A stretch of 64,000 nt of DNA, from the NCBI GenBank assembly GCA_963706325.1, contig CAVPLT010000004.1:960001-1024000 (forward strand), given 5' to 3'. Below are positions 62,563 to 64,000 of the stretch, one piece after another. Every line of letters begins with the position of its first letter. Position 1 is the stretch's first letter. Position numbers and translations under genes: made by a program. The notes below the pieces were generated by a model. The model was given only the letters and a program-made list of their open reading frames with translations, was not told the DNA's origin and did not search any database. The DNA is from an uncultured Nitrospiraceae bacterium. GTDB lineage: Bacteria > Nitrospirota > Nitrospiria > Nitrospirales > Nitrospiraceae.

Positions 62563-63854
62563 GCGTGACCTTGCAGAGCTCTGACCAAACGCACAATGAT
62601 CTCCTCACGCGCGCCTTTCAAGACTTTGACCAAGCTGCGACGGTCCTTCAACAATCGTATGATGCGTTGACGACCCGGCTTCAGCAAATGGATCTCGAAC
62701 TGGCCCAGACCAATGCCAGCCTTCGCCAACACCTCCGTGAGACCGAGGACATGCGCGCGCACGTCACGGCGGTCTTGGAGTCGTTGGATACGGGAGTCAT
62801 TGTCGCGGACCCTCAGGGCCTTGTCGTTCGATGCAATCATTCCACCGAACATTTGTTGGGCATGTCGCAAGCACAATTGCAGGGAAGGCTGGCGACTGAA
62901 ATCCTTCAAGAGATTAGGAAGGATCATAGTGAGTACCCCTTGATTCTTCCCAGCGGCATCGCCATCGACTTGTCGCAAACCGATCTGACCGATGCCTCGG
63001 GCGCCTTGATCGGAAAGTTAATCCTGGTCCATGACGTGACGCGAGTCCGTCAGCTCGAAGATCGGCTCCAGCGGCGCAATCGACTTGAGGCGATGGGGCA
63101 GATGGTCGGTTGTATTGCGCATGAGATTCGTAATCCCCTCGGCAGCGTGGAATTGTTCGCCTCACTCCTACGAAAAGATCTGCGCGACCAGCCCCAGTTG
63201 AAAATCTACGCCGAGCATATCTCTGTCGCCGTGCAGTCTATGGACCGGTTGTTGTCCAATTTGCTGGTGTATACGAAACCCGACTGTTCCAAGGCGGGAT
63301 GGCATGACACCGAACAGTTGATTCAAGGCGTCTTGACGCTGGCAGCCCACGCCATGGCGCCCGCCTCGATCGAGGTCTGTTGCCGCGTGGATCCTCAGGT
63401 GCCACGGCTCTGGTGCGACGGCGGCAAGATGAAGCAGGTGTTGCTCAACCTCGTGTTGAACGCCGTTCAAGCGATGCCGAAGGGAGGTCTCCTGAGCATA
63501 GCCGTTACCGCCGCCCTAGCATCAGCTACGGACGTCCCCTCAATTCACATGACCATCAGAGACACCGGCTCCGGCATTCCACCGGACTTGCAGTCGCGAG
63601 TATTCGATCCGTTCTTTACGACCAAGGACCAGGGTACCGGGCTGGGCCTGGCGATCGTGCATGCGTTGATCGAGGCCCATCATGGGCGAATTGATGTCGA
63701 GAGTAGTATGGGGCGCGGGACATCGTTTGTGATCACCCTCCCGCGTGGCCCGGTGCCGGATTCAGCGACATCTGTCCGAAGCGCCGCATTGGCCGACCCA
63801 TCGGCGACACCGAGTCGGTTCTTGAGTGCAATCGAAGAGGAGACATACGAATGA
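62559..63854 (+). CDS. PAS sensor histidine kinase (FleS/FlrB-like)
   Basis: AFQDFDQAATVLQQSY coiled coil, PAS, AHEIRNPLGS, NLVLNA, DTGSG, PFFTTK, GTGLGL. Confidence 0.88.
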   Translation: MSVTLQSSDQTHNDLLTRAFQDFDQAATVLQQSYDALTTRLQQMDLELAQTNASLRQHLRETEDMRAHVTAVLESLDTGVIVADPQGLVVRCNHSTEHLLGMSQAQLQGRLATEILQEIRKDHSEYPLILPSGIAIDLSQTDLTDASGALIGKLILVHDVTRVRQLEDRLQRRNRLEAMGQMVGCIAHEIRNPLGSVELFASLLRKDLRDQPQLKIYAEHISVAVQSMDRLLSNLLVYTKPDCSKAGWHDTEQLIQGVLTLAAHAMAPASIEVCCRVDPQVPRLWCDGGKMKQVLLNLVLNAVQAMPKGGLLSIAVTAALASATDVPSIHMTIRDTGSGIPPDLQSRVFDPFFTTKDQGTGLGLAIVHALIEAHHGRIDVESSMGRGTSFVITLPRGPVPDSATSVRSAALADPSATPSRFLSAIEEETYE

Positions 63855-64000
63855 GCGTGCAACAGGACGTAGAAGGATCGTCAGCCCTATCCGAGGACGC
63901 GCGAACGGTGCTGATCGTGGATGATGAACCGTCGATGCGGGCGGCCTTGTCGGAGACAGTCCGGCGATTGGGCTACCAAGTCAGAGGCGCCATGGACGGA
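63851..64000 (+). CDS. Response regulator, partial (FleR/FlrC-like by context)
   Basis: MSVQQ...VLIVDDEPSMRAALSE; runs off the window end. Confidence 0.75.
   Translation, partial: MSVQQDVEGSSALSEDARTVLIVDDEPSMRAALSETVRRLGYQVRGAMDG

Noticed and set aside
1..64000. CRISPR array, cas or defence genes, rRNA, intact IS or prophage structural genes
   Set aside because: No regularly spaced repeats or recognisable motifs seen

Overview
Bacterial, GC-rich window, most likely from a Nitrospira-type (Nitrospirota) genome. This assignment is an inference from the style of the interspersed repeat, the small lineage-typical proteins and the flagellar regulator layout, not from a marker gene. The window has three parts. 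(1) About 1-43 kb is an accessory metabolic and stress region: a Tat-exported GH2 beta-glucuronidase, a P-type ATPase, a HAD-GH65 fusion, FtsH, rhodanese plus SoxCD-like genes, an apparently fused cbb3-type oxidase with extra c-cytochromes, a p-cresol methylhydroxylase-type cluster (pchC-pchX-pchF, aryl-alcohol and aldehyde dehydrogenases), a PAS-kinase/NarL pair, pqqABCDE (pqqA is absent from the ORF track), a PQQ sugar dehydrogenase and a DsbA-NhaA fusion. Several of these genes carry 1-2 nt indels that may be sequencing errors. (2) About 43.5-58.5 kb holds two tandem, decayed integrative elements at tRNA-Thr(TGT), bounded by duplicated tRNA 3' halves. They carry integrase, excisionase, XRE and nuclease remnants, a glycosylation cassette and several micro-proteins. 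(3) 58.8-64 kb is an intact sigma-54 regulatory block (FleQ-like, TPR, FleS-like, start of FleR-like). No CRISPR array or rRNA was seen.
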